Virus record (IMG/VR): IMGVR_UViG_3300007712_000002
Coordinates: 28,504 to 92,503 of that record
Reading direction: 5' to 3' (one strand)
DNA from: a virus
DNA length: 64,000 bases
The notes under the pieces are model-generated. The model saw only the letters and a program-made list of their open reading frames with translations, made no database searches and was not told the origin of the DNA. A program made the translations under genes and the position numbers. The stretch's first letter is position 1, and each line of letters opens with the position of its first letter. Of this stretch, positions 40,069 through 50,638 are shown piece after piece.

Positions 40069-40584
40069 ATGTTCAATATGTCGAAATCAACGAGATTATC
40101 GACCTTGAATCCTTTGCCACTTGATAGTCAAGATAGACTGATGCTCAAGGACCGTGATAACCGATATAGTCGTTCCTTGACTTTTAGCGAGCAACCAAAT
40201 TGGACCCATGCATACATCTATTGCAGACATGTAATGGAAAATCTCCAATATCATACAAAATATTATAAGATTTATAGTGCATCAGAAGTCATCAGATCTA
40301 AGATGTCAGATAGCCGAACAATGCAAGAGTTTCAATTTATTTACACGCCAGAATATATGTATTTGTTCATCTGTGATCGTTCAAGTTATAAGCTCAAGGG
40401 CCGCGCGGGTGCTGATACCAGAATAATGATACCTGCCGACGAAGTAGTTGAATTTGAAAACTTTCGTGATCTAGAAACAATTCATTATATAAAATGTCGA
40501 TCTGAGGATGTGCGGGCACAAGATAAGCACATACATAAAGAAAAATTCATTCGTGATTTCATGGAACGCACTGAATTGCAATAA
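40069..40584 (+). CDS. Hypothetical protein
   Basis: ORF with RBS. Confidence 0.6.
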   Translation: MFNMSKSTRLSTLNPLPLDSQDRLMLKDRDNRYSRSLTFSEQPNWTHAYIYCRHVMENLQYHTKYYKIYSASEVIRSKMSDSRTMQEFQFIYTPEYMYLFICDRSSYKLKGRAGADTRIMIPADEVVEFENFRDLETIHYIKCRSEDVRAQDKHIHKEKFIRDFMERTELQ

Positions 40585-40617
40585 ATACCTTTGCGATAAA
40601 GCAAAGGAGATTTTATC

Positions 40618-40806
40618 ATGGAATTCTTTACAAACATTTGGGATTGGTTTCTAGCACGTTGGGCAGAACGCACAACTTGGGATGGTAGCGTTATCATCGC
40701 TCTTGGCGTCGTGGTCCTCGTATTCCAAACCCTACTACCATATGCAGCATGGGCAGCAATTGCTTATGGTGCTTGGACACTACTAAAGGGTGAAGGCTCT
40801 GAGTGA
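40618..40806 (+). CDS. Small membrane protein (holin-like)
   Basis: Late promoter, strong RBS; ERTTWDG followed by TM segments. Confidence 0.6.
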   Translation: MEFFTNIWDWFLARWAERTTWDGSVIIALGVVVLVFQTLLPYAAWAAIAYGAWTLLKGEGSE

Positions 40807-41221
40807 AGCCCGGAACCTACAAAAAGCTCAAGTATGAACTTGGACAGCTAGTCTTTTGGGCTATAGTATTCGGTATCGTTTTACTAGGGTTGGCCCTATT
40901 TGCATAGAGGAGGTAGCTCGGTTGGTAGCTGAGTATATCGCCGTCGGCGCATTTGTACTTTTCATTATATGGGTAGTAGCAATGGGCGTTGGGGCGTTTG
41001 ACCGTAATGATAAATCCAACACAGATAATTGAGCTTGCAAAAGAAATTGAAGAGGGAGATCCGATCGACTGGTTAGGTCTCCCTCTCAATCGCGTGATGC
41101 AGTATACAACATGTTGGGTTTATTTGTAATGGAGCGTATTGAGGGCGCTGCTGGATTCACGCTGACCATCTCGTTTTAATAACACACTTGACATGTCCAC
41201 AGGTTTCCTGTATAAATAAAA

Positions 41222-41520
41222 CTGTATTGATGACGTTCATCATGATGTAGGACGGACCGGGGTTCAATTCCCCGCACCTCCACCAAATCAGACTGGTGCC
41301 TGACACCATCAAGGTAGTGCTTGTAAATAACTGGATGATGATTACTATGGGGGTGATATGGGATCGACGTATGCTGATAGGTGAAAAGAGATGCCCGGAT
41401 GTAAGCTCGGTTAACGCGAACGAATCTATAACTGCAAACACAAACGCAGCGCCAGAAATGGCAATCGCAGCCTAAGGGCAGCACGAGGTATGGGCTCCAC
41501 CTTGTTACCAAACGGGCCCA
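41222..41520 (+). ncRNA. ssrA: Two-piece, circularly permuted tmRNA
   Basis: T-arm plus CACCTCCACCA (ends 41285), intervening segment, GGGGGTG 5' end at 41349 (G3-U70), tag ANTNAAPEMAIAA* at 41434-41475. Confidence 0.92.
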
Positions 41521-41529
41521 TTTTCTTGA

Positions 41530-42906
41530 TTGGATGATAACAATATGCCATTTAAAGAGGAGTGTGGTGTTTTTGGGGTCTACAATAGCCCAGATGCAGC
41601 AGCACTCACCGTCTTAGGACTACACGCCCTGCAACACAGAGGTCAAGAGGCGGCTGGTATTATTAGCTATGATGGCGATTTTCATATTGAAAAGACCCAG
41701 GGACTAGTAGGCGACCATTTCAACCGCAAGTCAGTGGTAGAAAAGTTGACAGGCAATGCGGCCATCGGACATACAAGATATTCGACATCGGGTGAATATA
41801 ATTCTCTAAACAATGTTCAACCCATGTTTGCTGAATTTGATCGCGGTGGGTTTGCCATTGCACACAATGGCAACTTGACCAATCAGAAAAAATTGCGTCG
41901 TGAACTAATCGAGAGCGGAGCCCTATTTTATAGTTCAAGCGACACTGAAATCTTTATTCACTTGATGGCTCGTTCACAAGCAAAAACTGTGGTAGAACGT
42001 TTTCAAGACGCCTTGAACCAAACACAAGGTGCATTTTCTATTGTGGCTGTTACTACAAAAAAGATGATTGGTGCTAGAGATCCAAATGGATTTCGTCCAT
42101 TGTCTCTGGGTTACCACAATGGTGCTTATTTCCTATCAAGTGAAACTTGCGCATTTGATATTACTGGTGCTGATTTTGTTCGTGACGTCGAACCTGGTGA
42201 GATTGTGGTTATAACAGAAGACGGTGTGGAAAGTATCAAGTATGCAGATCGTGCCAGACATTTTTGTATTTTTGAGTTTGTTTACTTTAGCCGACCTGAC
42301 AGTGTGATTGACGACAAAAACGTTCACGAAGTAAGAAAGCAGATTGGCCGTGAATTGGCTTCAGAGCACATGGTTGATGCAGACTTGGTGGTTCCGGTCC
42401 CTGACAGCGGCATCCCCGCAGCAATGGGCTATTCTCAACAATCCAAAATTCCATATGACTTGGGCATTACAAGAAATCACTATGTAGGGCGAACATTCAT
42501 TGAGCCTGAGGATCATGTTCGTCACCTGGGCGTTAAGATGAAACACAACGCAAACGCAAGTGTTCTCCGTGATCAGCGTGTTGCTCTGATAGATGACAGT
42601 ATTGTGAGAGGCACAACCAGCCGCAAGCTTGTTGACATGATTCGTAATGCTGGTGCCCGTGAAATACATCTGCTCATAGCAAGTCCGCCGACAATAAACA
42701 GTTGTTATTATGGAGTTGATACACCAACAAAAACAGAACTCATTGCTAATAATATGAGTGTTGATGAAATGTGTGAATACATCGGAGCAGATTCACTAAA
42801 TTTTTTATCGATTCAAGGAATGCACCGCGCCGTGAAAATGAACGGCATGTGTGATGCTTGCTTTTCCAACAACTATCCAATACAGATTTTTGACAATGAA
42901 AACTAA
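41530..42906 (+). CDS. purF: Amidophosphoribosyltransferase
   Basis: ECGVFG, LQHRGQE, GHTRYST, AHNGNL, PVPDSG, IDDSIVRGTT. Confidence 0.95.
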   Translation: MDDNNMPFKEECGVFGVYNSPDAAALTVLGLHALQHRGQEAAGIISYDGDFHIEKTQGLVGDHFNRKSVVEKLTGNAAIGHTRYSTSGEYNSLNNVQPMFAEFDRGGFAIAHNGNLTNQKKLRRELIESGALFYSSSDTEIFIHLMARSQAKTVVERFQDALNQTQGAFSIVAVTTKKMIGARDPNGFRPLSLGYHNGAYFLSSETCAFDITGADFVRDVEPGEIVVITEDGVESIKYADRARHFCIFEFVYFSRPDSVIDDKNVHEVRKQIGRELASEHMVDADLVVPVPDSGIPAAMGYSQQSKIPYDLGITRNHYVGRTFIEPEDHVRHLGVKMKHNANASVLRDQRVALIDDSIVRGTTSRKLVDMIRNAGAREIHLLIASPPTINSCYYGVDTPTKTELIANNMSVDEMCEYIGADSLNFLSIQGMHRAVKMNGMCDACFSNNYPIQIFDNEN

Positions 42907-43273
42907 ACTCACAATGGTTCTTGTCACAGGCGGACGCGGCTACAATGATGTCGGAACGGTGTTTGATTGCCTAACCAAATTGAATGCTCAGTTTGAACGC
43001 CTAGTGGTCATTCACGGAGCGGCAAAAGGCGCAGACAGCCTGGCAGGTGAAGTTTGTGCGGAAGCAGGCATTGAATTTGTTACCGTTCCCGCAGCCTGGA
43101 AGAAATACAGCCGCGCCGCCGGCCCTATTAGGAATCAGCTGATGCTTGACCTGTTCCCCAAACTTGATATGGTCCTTGCTTTTCCAGGTGGTGATGGAAC
43201 AGCTGATATGATGTCACAAGCAAAAAAACGAAATATACCTGTGATTGAATCTCAAGATTTGTTGCAGGATTAG
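42896..43273 (+). CDS. DUF2493/YspA SLOG-family protein
   Basis: VTGGR, IHGAAKGAD, AAGPIRN..M, FPGG.GTADM. Confidence 0.85.
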   Translation: MKTKLTMVLVTGGRGYNDVGTVFDCLTKLNAQFERLVVIHGAAKGADSLAGEVCAEAGIEFVTVPAAWKKYSRAAGPIRNQLMLDLFPKLDMVLAFPGGDGTADMMSQAKKRNIPVIESQDLLQD

Positions 43274-43364
43274 AAGGGGTGAGAGCCAAAAATAACTCCG
43301 TGTCAGGCCAATGGTTAGCCTGACAGCCACGAGCTTGATAAATATCCTATAACAAGGAGAGCTA

Positions 43365-43907
43365 ATGGCTGATATTCAACTAAGCACACTCGGATCAGTA
43401 ATCAAGACGGCATACGAAGGTGAAGCAGATACAAATGTATTTACTGATTCTGAAAAGTCCAAATTAACAGGCATTGCTTCTGGTGCAACAGCTGACCAAA
43501 CAGGTGCTGAAATCAAATCACTTTACGAGGCCGAATCAGATACCAATGCATTTACTGATGCTGAACAAACCAAGTTATCCGGTCTTGGCACAAATGTAAA
43601 CCCTCAAACAGGAACATCATATACTCTAGCATTAGATGATCAATATGATGTTGTTACGATGGATAACGCTGGCGCAAACACAGTGTTAATCGACCCTGTA
43701 GGAACCACAAATTACCCAGTGGGATATACTGTGGAAATCATTCAACTTGGAGCCGGAGCAACATCAATAGAAGCCGGCGCCGGCGTAACGCTGAACGGTG
43801 TTTCAACAGGAAGCGGCACTATTACTGCACAATATGATGTCATAAAACTGCGCCACGTCGCAAGCGACGAATGGATTGTTAGTGGTGACGTTGGTGCTAT
43901 TTCATAA
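43365..43907 (+). CDS. Tail-fibre-like structural protein
   Basis: Late promoter; repeated YEGEADTN.FTD.E..KL.G; WIVSGD end. Confidence 0.7.
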   Translation: MADIQLSTLGSVIKTAYEGEADTNVFTDSEKSKLTGIASGATADQTGAEIKSLYEAESDTNAFTDAEQTKLSGLGTNVNPQTGTSYTLALDDQYDVVTMDNAGANTVLIDPVGTTNYPVGYTVEIIQLGAGATSIEAGAGVTLNGVSTGSGTITAQYDVIKLRHVASDEWIVSGDVGAIS

Positions 43908-43922
43908 TACGTAGATATTAAT

Positions 43923-44609
43923 ATGATCAATATACGTCCTTGGACATGGTTTCATAAAAAGCCGATAACGGTAGCAGTTGAACCCCCACATATACATGAA
44001 GATCATGTCCCCTTGCCAAGTATCGTTCTCATACATGGAGCACATCAGAGCAATGTGACATTTGAATATTTGCGACATGCCTTGCCTGCATTCCGCTACA
44101 TCAATATTGAATGGAGCACAGTGAACGGGTTTGACAACAATCTATTAGAGATGATCGATGCTCTCAAAAACACAGGCCCTATCTATTTTGTTGGTCACAG
44201 CATGGGTTGTATTTACGCAGCACACTTATCACAGCACGTAGAGTGTATTGGTGGTGCAGCAATCAGCGCACCATGGGGAGGCAGTAGACAAGCAGATTGG
44301 GTGCGATACATGATGCCTAGTTATCCGCTCTACAAGGAAGTAGGCACCAAGAGTGACATCGTTGCCTTTGCCCGTGGGTGTGAACTACCAGGACGCTGGA
44401 CCAATTACGTGAGCACAGAAGGCAATGTGCCAGGCATGGGCGAACAGAACGATTGTGTATTGACACTCTCCAGTATGACCGCTCGCAAAGACCTACACAC
44501 CAAATACATCAAAGCTACTCACTACGAAATCGTCATGGCGACAGAACTGGTGCACAGTGTAGGGAAAAACTTTCTCCGCGCCAGCGAAAAATATTCAATG
44601 ATGTCTTGA
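43923..44609 (+). CDS. Alpha/beta hydrolase
   Basis: IHGA, GHSMG, ND, TH catalytic pattern. Confidence 0.85.
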   Translation: MINIRPWTWFHKKPITVAVEPPHIHEDHVPLPSIVLIHGAHQSNVTFEYLRHALPAFRYINIEWSTVNGFDNNLLEMIDALKNTGPIYFVGHSMGCIYAAHLSQHVECIGGAAISAPWGGSRQADWVRYMMPSYPLYKEVGTKSDIVAFARGCELPGRWTNYVSTEGNVPGMGEQNDCVLTLSSMTARKDLHTKYIKATHYEIVMATELVHSVGKNFLRASEKYSMMS

Positions 44610-44640
44610 CAAACCAAGGCATATTGCCTATAATCAAGAT

Positions 44641-47042
44641 ATGAATGTAAAAGAATCTATGTATGACGGGTATCGTGCTCTATACGCACTTGATCTTCCT
44701 GTTCAAGTCAAACACCGTATGTTCACGGAATTGTCCTCGATCAATCCATCAAACTGGCGGGTGGTTGGCATGACCCTTGCAGCTCTTGACGAGTTCGTCC
44801 GTCACGGGTTGGATCGTCCACGAACTGTTTGTCGTGCTCATGCTGTTACACGTATGCAAACCAGCCGCGAGATGTTTGAAGGTCCCATGATGGACATGGA
44901 CGTTTGGTGGGAGTTTTATACCAGCCGCGACAAAACAGTGATCGCTACCAAGAGCGAAAACATGCGCAAGGAAGCTGAAGTATCCGCATTTGAGGTTCCT
45001 GAGGGCCTGTTCCCGTCAAGAGGTTTTGCATTTCGAGTAGGCAAAGAGGAACGTGAGTTTCTTTTGTCAAAAAAAGATGAATTTTATACTTGACAAACCA
45101 AGGCGTATTGCTTATATTAATACTGTAAGCAAAGGAGATACCCATGTCGGCTTTCGATCTTATCCGTGACCTCCACAAAGATGCACGTGGCTTTCGTCCT
45201 AGCCAGGGCTGGATGGAAATCTTCGAAGGGCTGTCAGACGCCGCCCAAGAAGAAACCTGGAACAGCCTTTGTGATGAGATGGCTGAGCGCGAAGCCGAAC
45301 AAGCTCGCGCTGAACTCGCCGCCCAGCGCGAATATGAAACTCGCATCGGTGGAATGATCGACGATTATGGCATCGACCGTGCCACTGCCATCCGTTGGGA
45401 CGCAGAAGCCTTTGAACTTGACACGGCCAGCGCCATCCAGTATCATGGTTGTGCAGACCAAGAAATCGAGTTCTTCCTTTACAAGCAAGGTATTTCGACT
45501 CGAATGTTCCCCATGTATGTGGCGGAAATCACCGCCTCCCTGGACGTTTAAAATAGGAGAACCAATGGCTGATCATGTCCCTTTTCAACGCTGGAAGATT
45601 TTCTGGTGGTCCATGAAGATGGCCATCGCCAGCGGTCATAACCGCGAAGACAACCCAGAGCTCGCAAGAGTATATTACGAACTTGCTGAGATGGGTAACC
45701 AAGCTCTGAAAGCTTGCGAGGAAGGACAACAAGACGCCTTCATCGAGAAGATTGAATCCCTCAACGGACAATCTGTTATGAAGCAATTTAGTAATGATGA
45801 TCTTGAAAGGATGTTGGACGGCACTCATGAAGACGTTCCTGAATGGTTGAGAAAAGATCGCAAATGAGTTCACCATCAACCACTATCAAGACTGTGATTC
45901 TCAGTCAAACTGATGATAAAAGGTTTGTTCTGGGATCTATTGAGATGGTTAATGGGGCAAGATATAATCTCAGTGAAGAACGAACTCTTGAGATTTTGCG
46001 CGATCTTGAATTTGACGCAGTAAATCTTCTACGGAAAGAACTTGGAGATATTGAATACTAATGAGCAATCAACGACCAGCAAAGACCTATCGAGCAGCCG
46101 CCCCCAACGAAGGTGGCTTGAATATCACACGGCTGAAAGAATTTGCTGCTGAGGCTGAAAGACTTTTGGAGGAAAAGGGTGAAGAAGACGCTGCGTTCTA
46201 TTTTGGTCAACTCGCCGAATACATCCAACGCCACCCGGAAAAAGGGCTCAGTGAGAGCGTCGCTCGAATCCTTGGTATTTGATCCACAAACCCTCCCTGT
46301 GGTTTCTGAAATAGAAGCTCACCGCCTTGCCAGTCAGCATGAATTAGTTAGCGTAGGCATGGCGCGTCACGCCCTTCGTAAAGGTTGTAAATATTTCCTC
46401 AAAGTTCGCAGAGAATACGCACAACAAGCCGGCGTGGATATCATCAATTGGTATGGTGATATTTCTATGCCTGGTGTGGTATATTATGCGGACGGAAAAA
46501 TCTTTCTAAGTGATGAGGAACTATATACCATTTTGAAGATGCTGTATTCATGATTACGAATATGTCATGCGCACAGTGCGGCACACTTGACATCAAATCA
46601 AAGTCAGTGTATTTTGGTCGCAACAATGAGTTTTTGGGTGAATGGCCTCTCTATTACTTTGGAGCAGGACCAAACAACCCACAAGATGCAGAAGTTTACT
46701 TTTGTGGCGCGGGGTGCGCTAACCTATATCACAAGGAGATTGGTGATGCCACGCAAGGGTGAAATGAGCGAACAAGATGCAGCGGATGAGCTGGTTCGCC
46801 AAAACGCTGCTTATTACAATGTGGTTCTCTATGTTCCACAACGAAATAGTCGCGTCCATTTTAGCAGCGAGAATATTGACGACGCTGTAGAATTCGCTGA
46901 AACTGTTTACGATGACAAAAACCTTCCTCGTGTTCGCAGCGCAATGATCTATGCGGTCCAAGAAGATGGTCGGTTCGCCATGGTCGGAAGCACCAATCGC
47001 TTTGATCGAAAATACAAGCCAGTCAAGGTCAAAATCTATTGA
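44641..47042 (+). other. Run of small hypothetical early ORFs (44641, 45144, 45565, 45864, 46061, about 46275, 46550, 46746)
   Basis: Coupled ORFs behind TTGACAAACCAAG promoters at 44606 and 45090. Confidence 0.6.
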
Positions 47043-47185
47043 CATGGCGAAATTAGTGGCTGGTTAGCGCACAAACTAAATCTACTCACTAAATAAAAAT
47101 GTGTTGACAGGGTCATGAGGATCGTGTTAGCTTGATTATGTATAGTCCGAGAATACATCTAAAAGGAAAAGAAATGAGATAGAAA

Positions 47186-47698
47186 ATGTATACCCAAGGA
47201 ACAGTAGCTAACTTCAGCCCAGAACAGGTTGAAGAAATCGTGGACTTACTCTCCACACTTGACACAGACACAAAAATTTATTTCGGTTGTGACTCTGTCC
47301 GAACACGTAGAAAAGGTCGTTGGTATGCGACATTCGCGGCAGTTTTTATCGTTCACATGAACGGAAAAAACGGTTGTCGTCTGTTCAGCCACATGAGCAC
47401 AGAACCAGACTACGATGTGAAGATCGACCGTCCAAAGATGCGCATGATGAAGGAAGTCCAAAAGGTGTGTGAACTATATACGCAAATGATTCCATTCATT
47501 GATGAGTTTGACATTGAGGTCCACCTCGACATCAACACTGATCCAAAGCACGGATCAAACTGCGCCGCAACCGAAGCCGCAGGCTACGTTCTTGGCGTAA
47601 CAGGTCTCCCGGAAGAGCAGATCAAGCTCAAGCCGGAGAGCTTTGCTGCTAGCTTTGGTGCAGACGCCGCTGCACACGGTCGCTTCGAAAGAAGTTGA
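47186..47698 (+). CDS. RNase H-like YkuK/DUF458 protein
   Basis: YFGCDS, RMMKEV, EVHLDIN...GS, ASFGAD. Confidence 0.85.
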   Translation: MYTQGTVANFSPEQVEEIVDLLSTLDTDTKIYFGCDSVRTRRKGRWYATFAAVFIVHMNGKNGCRLFSHMSTEPDYDVKIDRPKMRMMKEVQKVCELYTQMIPFIDEFDIEVHLDINTDPKHGSNCAATEAAGYVLGVTGLPEEQIKLKPESFAASFGADAAAHGRFERS

Positions 47699-48297
47699 CC
47701 TATAGCAGGACAGATATAAAAGAGATGCGGGCAGGTTTACCTGCCCGTATCAACCGAATAAAAGAACGTCAACAACTTAAACGCGAGGAGCCGATGAGCT
47801 ACACTCTAAGGTTTTCAACCCGTAAATTTGATGGATTGTTTGGAACGGCTTATCCCCGTCTTAAAAAAATTCCTAACCATAAACGCGAAAGCATCATTTC
47901 ATTATACCTTAGTCACATAAGCAATAATTCCAAGGTGACTGTGGATTACAATGAAATTACACCATTTACCAGTGCTTATAGCATCATTATTGATACTGGA
48001 GGCAGGCAAGGATATAATGCTGCTCTTGAAATCGAACAAATTTGTCGTGGCTTTAAACGATTGAACTTTCTTAGTCCGCCACGGTGGTGGAATCGATTTG
48101 CTCCATTCCGTCATCCGAGCGACACTTTCATGATCAACGATCTTGAAATGGGTCCTGTCATTGAATGGCTACTAGAGAACTGCAAAACCAGTGACTACCA
48201 GATTTTTACTAAGTTTGAAAAGGACATCAGTATTGGCTTCCGCGACGGTGAAAATGCTGCAATGTTTAAGTTGACATTTGGCGAAGAAGAGATCTAA
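47695..48297 (+). CDS. Hypothetical protein (F-x-D/E...MFKL family)
   Basis: C-terminal FRDGENAAMFKLTFG. Confidence 0.6.
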   Translation: MTYSRTDIKEMRAGLPARINRIKERQQLKREEPMSYTLRFSTRKFDGLFGTAYPRLKKIPNHKRESIISLYLSHISNNSKVTVDYNEITPFTSAYSIIIDTGGRQGYNAALEIEQICRGFKRLNFLSPPRWWNRFAPFRHPSDTFMINDLEMGPVIEWLLENCKTSDYQIFTKFEKDISIGFRDGENAAMFKLTFGEEEI

Positions 48298-48300
48298 TAA

Positions 48301-48516
48301 CACATGCTCACTGAGGCGGCCGCACTGACAACCTAGTTGGAGTGAGGACAAGCTCAGGACAGGCCCAGAACCTGTGGGAGGCTATCGCCGCTCGTACCAC
48401 TGATACCGCAAGGGGGCTTGCAACGGAAACAGGTCGAGGTAAGTTCTATCCTGTGAGACCGGGTTCCGGCCAATAGACGAATGGTCGCCCTTGACAGAAT
48501 CCTGGCTATTATGTGA
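48301..48516 (+). ncRNA. rnpB: Compact RNase P RNA (about 215 nt)
   Basis: GAGGACAAGCUCAGGA / ACAGAAUCCUGGCUA form P4 with the bulged U; P2 GGCGGCC/GGUCGCC; UAGACGAAUG; P1 closes the ends. Confidence 0.85.
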
Positions 48517-48608
48517 GTTAGATAAATACAAGGTAATTGGAGAATAAAACATGCTAAAAGATATTTGGGTATAAACTACCAGTATTCATATTGCAACTAA
48601 AAAACTTC

Positions 48609-48662
48609 TTGACAACTGATGTCAAGCCATATATAGTGTCGAGTAAGAGTTGTGCATAAATA
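48609..48662 (+). promoter_or_regulatory. Sigma70 promoter plus late TAAATA promoter for the Cys leader
   Basis: TTGACA-17-TATAGT; CATAAATAC. Confidence 0.75.
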
Positions 48663-48683
48663 CCAGCACAACAGGAGAACGAA

Positions 48684-48818
48684 ATGACTTTTGAAGGATA
48701 TAGAGATGGAATTGTTCGTGGCGATGGCGGCACTGCTACTGTGTGCCCATGCGGTGAAAACTGTCAGTGCAGCCCATGCACTTGCGGTGGCAATTCCTGT
48801 GAAGGTTGGGGCGGCTAG
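48684..48818 (+). CDS. Cys-rich 44-aa peptide (candidate leader; metallothionein-like)
   Basis: AGGAG RBS; MTFEGYRDGIVRGDGGTATVCPCGENCQCSPCTCGGNSCEGWGG*. Confidence 0.75.
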   Translation: MTFEGYRDGIVRGDGGTATVCPCGENCQCSPCTCGGNSCEGWGG

Positions 48819-48881
48819 ACAATAGCTCAACCTTAAAGGATACAAGCCCCGCCTAGTGTGGGGCTTTATCATTTGAATTAT

Positions 48882-48963
48882 GTTGCGGGGCCCGGACGGG
48901 AAGGGGCCGGATTGCAAATCCGAGGCACGAAAGTAGCGAGTTCGACTCTCGCCCGCAACTCCA
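48882..48963 (+). tRNA. tRNA-Cys(GCA), extended variable region
   Basis: GTTGCGG/CCGCAAC-T-CCA; loop TTGCAAA. Confidence 0.8.
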
Positions 48964-48969
48964 AAAAAT

Positions 48970-49043
48970 GTGCTCGTGGCGGAAAGGCGACGCGCCGGAC
49001 TGCAACTCCGGTCATGCAGGTTCGAGTCCTGCCGAGCACTCCA
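48970..49043 (+). tRNA. tRNA-Cys(GCA)
   Basis: Canonical cloverleaf with CCA. Confidence 0.92.
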
Positions 49044-49200
49044 ATATATCCTATTACTATGCGGTTGTCCTCGTGGGGACCCCTTAAAACGAGAGTAAAG
49101 CTGAGCCTCAGCCGGTAGTCGCAATATAGGACAGTGTCATTAGACGTGAGATGGCACACCAACGATTGACAATATTGTGTTCACATGTTAAATTGAAAAT

Positions 49201-49509
49201 ATGAGCTATTTTCGTGATTTAAAAGTCTACAAATTGTTCCCCGAACTCAGGGCTACAATTAGACAAACATACATTGCAAAGTTGGCTGGGTTGTTGACTT
49301 TGCTTTTGTTTTCGCCACTCATAGCGATTGGTGTCATATCCATTGGTCTTGTCCATCTATTTGATTTGGTTGGGCAATACTCACTCTGGCCAGCACACAA
49401 GATAACCAACTGGCTTCATGACTATCAGCGTGATCAGATACGCTCAGCCCATTCTGTCGTCCCCATTGACAAAATCCAAGAGAGATTGGGAGATCAAGAT
49501 GACGACTAA
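49201..49509 (+). CDS. Membrane protein
   Basis: TM segment. Confidence 0.55.
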   Translation: MSYFRDLKVYKLFPELRATIRQTYIAKLAGLLTLLLFSPLIAIGVISIGLVHLFDLVGQYSLWPAHKITNWLHDYQRDQIRSAHSVVPIDKIQERLGDQDDD

Positions 49510-50638
49510 CATCAAATACTTTGACCGGTATTATGTTGGTCAACGGAACCAGGATACTGCCAGTGGCAAACCGTTGGCTTTTGCTGTTCCTGACGGTGAC
49601 GATGCCGCAGCAAAAAAACGCAAGGCAACAGTTGATGCCTGGGTCGCAGGATATTGGTCAGCACGAGACACTCGCGGTCGCCTCCGCAAAGACCTCAAAG
49701 AGATGGGCGAGGTTTACGATAATAAACCCATGACAGGTTTCCGCCTCACTGACTGGAGTGACCGTTACATCACTGACAACAAGGTAGTTCGTGTGCTTGA
49801 CCCAAGAGGATTCGAGCTTGAGATCTACATTCCCAACCTCATGGACATCATCCTTAACTCGGAAGTTGACCACGGCGAAATCAAGGATGAGCTGGTATGG
49901 CTGCGCGAAGGCAGCAACAATCGTCTGGTGCGCACATCAGATCCTGCTTTTGCTGAGGCTAAACAAAATATGGTTCGGGCTGCAAAGAAGAAAGCTGCAC
50001 CCAAGAAAAGTCACGAAGTTGGAGATATCATTTCCAACACCTGGGGCACATTCCTCTACATGGGACTCATGGACGTAGAGTTCGTTGTGCCTCGTGGCAA
50101 GCGCGTGGTTGACGACGAGATGACTCGTCAGTTCGGCACGCGCCGAGTTGGTGGTTTCTTTGGCTTTCCAGGTAACGGACCCATTCGTGAAGAAGTTTAC
50201 CAGACCTACTATCGAATCGACGATGACCGCCTTGAAAGCGTGAGCATTGGCCGCCGCCATGTTTACCAAGATGTTAATAGAGGTTGGAATGGGCATGTGG
50301 CAAGGGATACCATCACGTTCCGCAAGAGCAAGATGGCGACGCAACAAGTAGTGAGCTCTAATAACCTGCTACCTCCTGTAGGTGAGGAAAGTTATTATCA
50401 CGTTGACTATGAAGTGTTCATGTATTACGACGAGGATGGCCGGCTTTACACACAGAAAGAGCATTATGATCTGGAAGAAGATCTTAACAAGAACATACAG
50501 CGTCCGAATGAGCACAAATATCTTGAAGGCATACGCCAATGGAAGACCTGTGTCGTTCGGGTCAACGATGGACCACTTGAAACTGATCCAGTAAAAGGTC
50601 GCTTCCGTGAAGAACTGATTAGGGGTCAATATCATTGA
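49499..50638 (+). CDS. Hypothetical protein
   Basis: Long ORF; DN.P..GF...DPRGFELEI motif. Confidence 0.75.
   Translation: MTTNIKYFDRYYVGQRNQDTASGKPLAFAVPDGDDAAAKKRKATVDAWVAGYWSARDTRGRLRKDLKEMGEVYDNKPMTGFRLTDWSDRYITDNKVVRVLDPRGFELEIYIPNLMDIILNSEVDHGEIKDELVWLREGSNNRLVRTSDPAFAEAKQNMVRAAKKKAAPKKSHEVGDIISNTWGTFLYMGLMDVEFVVPRGKRVVDDEMTRQFGTRRVGGFFGFPGNGPIREEVYQTYYRIDDDRLESVSIGRRHVYQDVNRGWNGHVARDTITFRKSKMATQQVVSSNNLLPPVGEESYYHVDYEVFMYYDEDGRLYTQKEHYDLEEDLNKNIQRPNEHKYLEGIRQWKTCVVRVNDGPLETDPVKGRFREELIRGQYH

Noticed and set aside
40803-41180. Short fragmented ORFs upstream of tmRNA
   Set aside because: Frames are ambiguous (possible indels), so no confident calls can be made.
48551-48574. Mini-ORF MLKDIWV with GGAG RBS after the RNase P RNA
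   Set aside because: No associated switch structure or matching downstream tRNA; insufficient support.
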